64,000 nucleotides of DNA from a phage: NCBI GenBank assembly GCA_024790105.1, contig GCA_024790105.1_3053.1. One strand, given 5' to 3'. Positions 62,132-64,000 of the stretch are shown here, in pieces. A program made the position numbers and the translations under genes. Within the stretch, counting starts at the first letter, position 1. The number at the start of each line of letters is the position of its first letter. The notes below the pieces were generated by a model. It was not told where the DNA came from. It did no database searches and was given only the letters and a program-made list of their open reading frames with translations.

Positions 62132-63232
62132 ATGGCAATTGTTAAAGAAATAACTGCTGATTTAATTAAAAAGTCCGGTGAGACAATTTCAGCTGGACAA
62201 AGTACTAAATTAGAAGTAGGAATTAAAACATACACAGCCCAGTTTCCAACTGGGCGTGCTAGTGGTAATGACACTACAGGGGACTTCCAGGTAACAGATC
62301 TATATAAGAATGGATTATTATTTACTGCATACAATATGTCATCTAGGGATTCTGGAAGTCTTAGATCGATGAGATCTAACTACGCTTCTTCATCCTCATC
62401 CTCTAATATTTTGAGCACAGCTAGAAACACTATTAGTAGTACAGTATCAAAACTATCAAATGGATTAATATCAAATAATAATTCAGGAACAATAAGTAAA
62501 GCTCCTGTCGCAAACATTCTTTTACCGAGATCTAAATCTGATGTTGACACATCATCACATAGATTTAATGATGTTCAAGAAAGCCTTATCAGTAGAGGCG
62601 GAGGTACTGCTACTGGTGTGCTAAGTAATATTGCTTCAACCGCAGTATTTGGGGCACTGGAAAGTATAACACAAGGTATAATGGCTGATAATAATGAACA
62701 GATTTATACGACAGCCAGAAGTATGTATGGTGGTGCTGAAAATAGAACTAAAGTGTTTACATGGGATTTAACTCCACGTTCAACAGAAGATTTAATGGCT
62801 ATTATTAATATCTATCAATATTTTAACTATTTTTCTTACGGTGAAACGGGTAAATCTCAATATGCTGCTGAAATAAAGGGGTATTTAGATGATTGGTATC
62901 GTTCTACGTTAATTGAACCTTTATCTCCGGAAGACGCAGCTAAAAATAAAACACTATTTGAGAAAATGACATCGAGTTTAACGAACGTTCTAGTAGTTTC
63001 AAACCCGACAGTTTGGATGGTGAAAAACTTTGGCGCAACATCTAAGTTTGATGGAAAAACGGAAATATTTGGTCCATGCCAAATACAGAGCATTAGATTT
63101 GATAAAACACCTAATGGTAACTTTAACGGATTAGCTATTGCTCCAAACCTCCCTAGTACATTTACTCTCGAGATTACTATGAGAGAAATTATCACGTTAA
63201 ACCGTGCTTCTTTATATGCGGGGACTTTTTAA
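62132..63232 (+). CDS. 48: gp48 baseplate tail-tube junction protein
   Basis: 366 aa, position after gp29. Confidence 0.9.
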   Translation: MAIVKEITADLIKKSGETISAGQSTKLEVGIKTYTAQFPTGRASGNDTTGDFQVTDLYKNGLLFTAYNMSSRDSGSLRSMRSNYASSSSSSNILSTARNTISSTVSKLSNGLISNNNSGTISKAPVANILLPRSKSDVDTSSHRFNDVQESLISRGGGTATGVLSNIASTAVFGALESITQGIMADNNEQIYTTARSMYGGAENRTKVFTWDLTPRSTEDLMAIINIYQYFNYFSYGETGKSQYAAEIKGYLDDWYRSTLIEPLSPEDAAKNKTLFEKMTSSLTNVLVVSNPTVWMVKNFGATSKFDGKTEIFGPCQIQSIRFDKTPNGNFNGLAIAPNLPSTFTLEITMREIITLNRASLYAGTF

Positions 63233-64000
63233 TGTATTCTTTAGAGGAATTTAATAATCAAGCAATAAACGCAGATTTCCAACGTAATAATATGTTTAGC
63301 TGCGTTTTTGCAACAACTCCATCAACTAAAAGCTCTTCGTTGATAAGTTCAATTAGCAACTTTTCTTATAATAACTTGGGCCTAAATTCAAATTGGTTAG
63401 GATTAACTCAAGGTGATATTAATCAGGGAATTACCACGCTAATTACAGCTGGCACACAAAAACTGATAAGAAAATCAAGGGTTAGTAAATATCTTATTGG
63501 TGCCATGAGTCAACGTACAGTTCAAAGTTTATTAGGCTCATTTACAGTTGGTACATATTTAATTGACTTCTTTAACATGGCATATAACTCATCTGGATTG
63601 ATGATATATTCCGTAAAAATGCCAGAGAATAGATTATCCTATGAAACTGACTGGAATTATAATTCTCCTAATATTCGTATAACTGGGAGAGAATTAGACC
63701 CTTTGGTTATTTCATTTAGGATGGATTCAGAAGCTTGTAACTATCGTGCAATGCAAGACTGGGTTAACGCTGTTCAAGACCCAGTAACTGGACTGCGTGC
63801 TTTGCCACAAGATGTCGAGGCAGATATTCAGGTTAATCTTCATGCTCGTAATGGATTACCTCATACTGCGGTGATGTTCACCGGATGCATTCCAATATCA
63901 GTGAGCGCTCCTGAGTTATCATATGATGGAGATAACCAAATAACTACATTTGACGTTACTTTTGCGTACAGAGTGATGCAGGCTGGAGCAGTTGATAGGC
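63232..64000 (+). CDS. 54: gp54 baseplate tail-tube initiator (partial, runs off the window end)
   Basis: ATG overlapping gp48 stop (TAATG); ORF open to the end of the window. Confidence 0.85.
   Translation, partial: MYSLEEFNNQAINADFQRNNMFSCVFATTPSTKSSSLISSISNFSYNNLGLNSNWLGLTQGDINQGITTLITAGTQKLIRKSRVSKYLIGAMSQRTVQSLLGSFTVGTYLIDFFNMAYNSSGLMIYSVKMPENRLSYETDWNYNSPNIRITGRELDPLVISFRMDSEACNYRAMQDWVNAVQDPVTGLRALPQDVEADIQVNLHARNGLPHTAVMFTGCIPISVSAPELSYDGDNQITTFDVTFAYRVMQAGAVDR

Overview
This window is a T4-like (Tevenvirinae) Escherichia phage segment, close to T4 for most proteins but with a different accessory and homing-endonuclease complement. Gene order: regB - accessory operon (GrcA-like glycyl-radical protein, P-loop ATPase) - internal-protein gene - e (lysozyme) - nudE - e.2..e.8-position small genes - tRNA cluster with segB and two HNH genes - 57B(Acb1)/57A/1/3/2/4 - late structural block 53,5,5.4,6-12,wac,13-24 - rnlB, hoc, inh, segE, uvsW, uvsY, 25, 26, 51, 27, 28, 29, 48 and the start of 54. 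Identifications rest on reading the six-frame translations against remembered T4 protein sequences, lengths and motifs; no database search was run. The strongest finding is that the large terminase gene (gp17) is interrupted right after its Walker B motif by a 1020-nt intein that the sequence as given splits into three ORFs (N-half, an out-of-frame zinc-ribbon nuclease ORF, C-half with its own RBS). That is either a fractured gene needing protein trans-splicing, or one contiguous 340-codon intein masked by two homopolymer-length changes. Other findings: an HNH gene flanked by tRNA-Pro and tRNA-Thr copies that lack pairable acceptor stems, nine nuclease genes in 64 kb, a GrcA-like gene with a host-like C-terminus, an orphan terminase-like ATPase, three capsid-targeting-sequence proteins in promoter/terminator-flanked cassettes, and Acb1. 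No CRISPR array, rRNA or integrase was seen.
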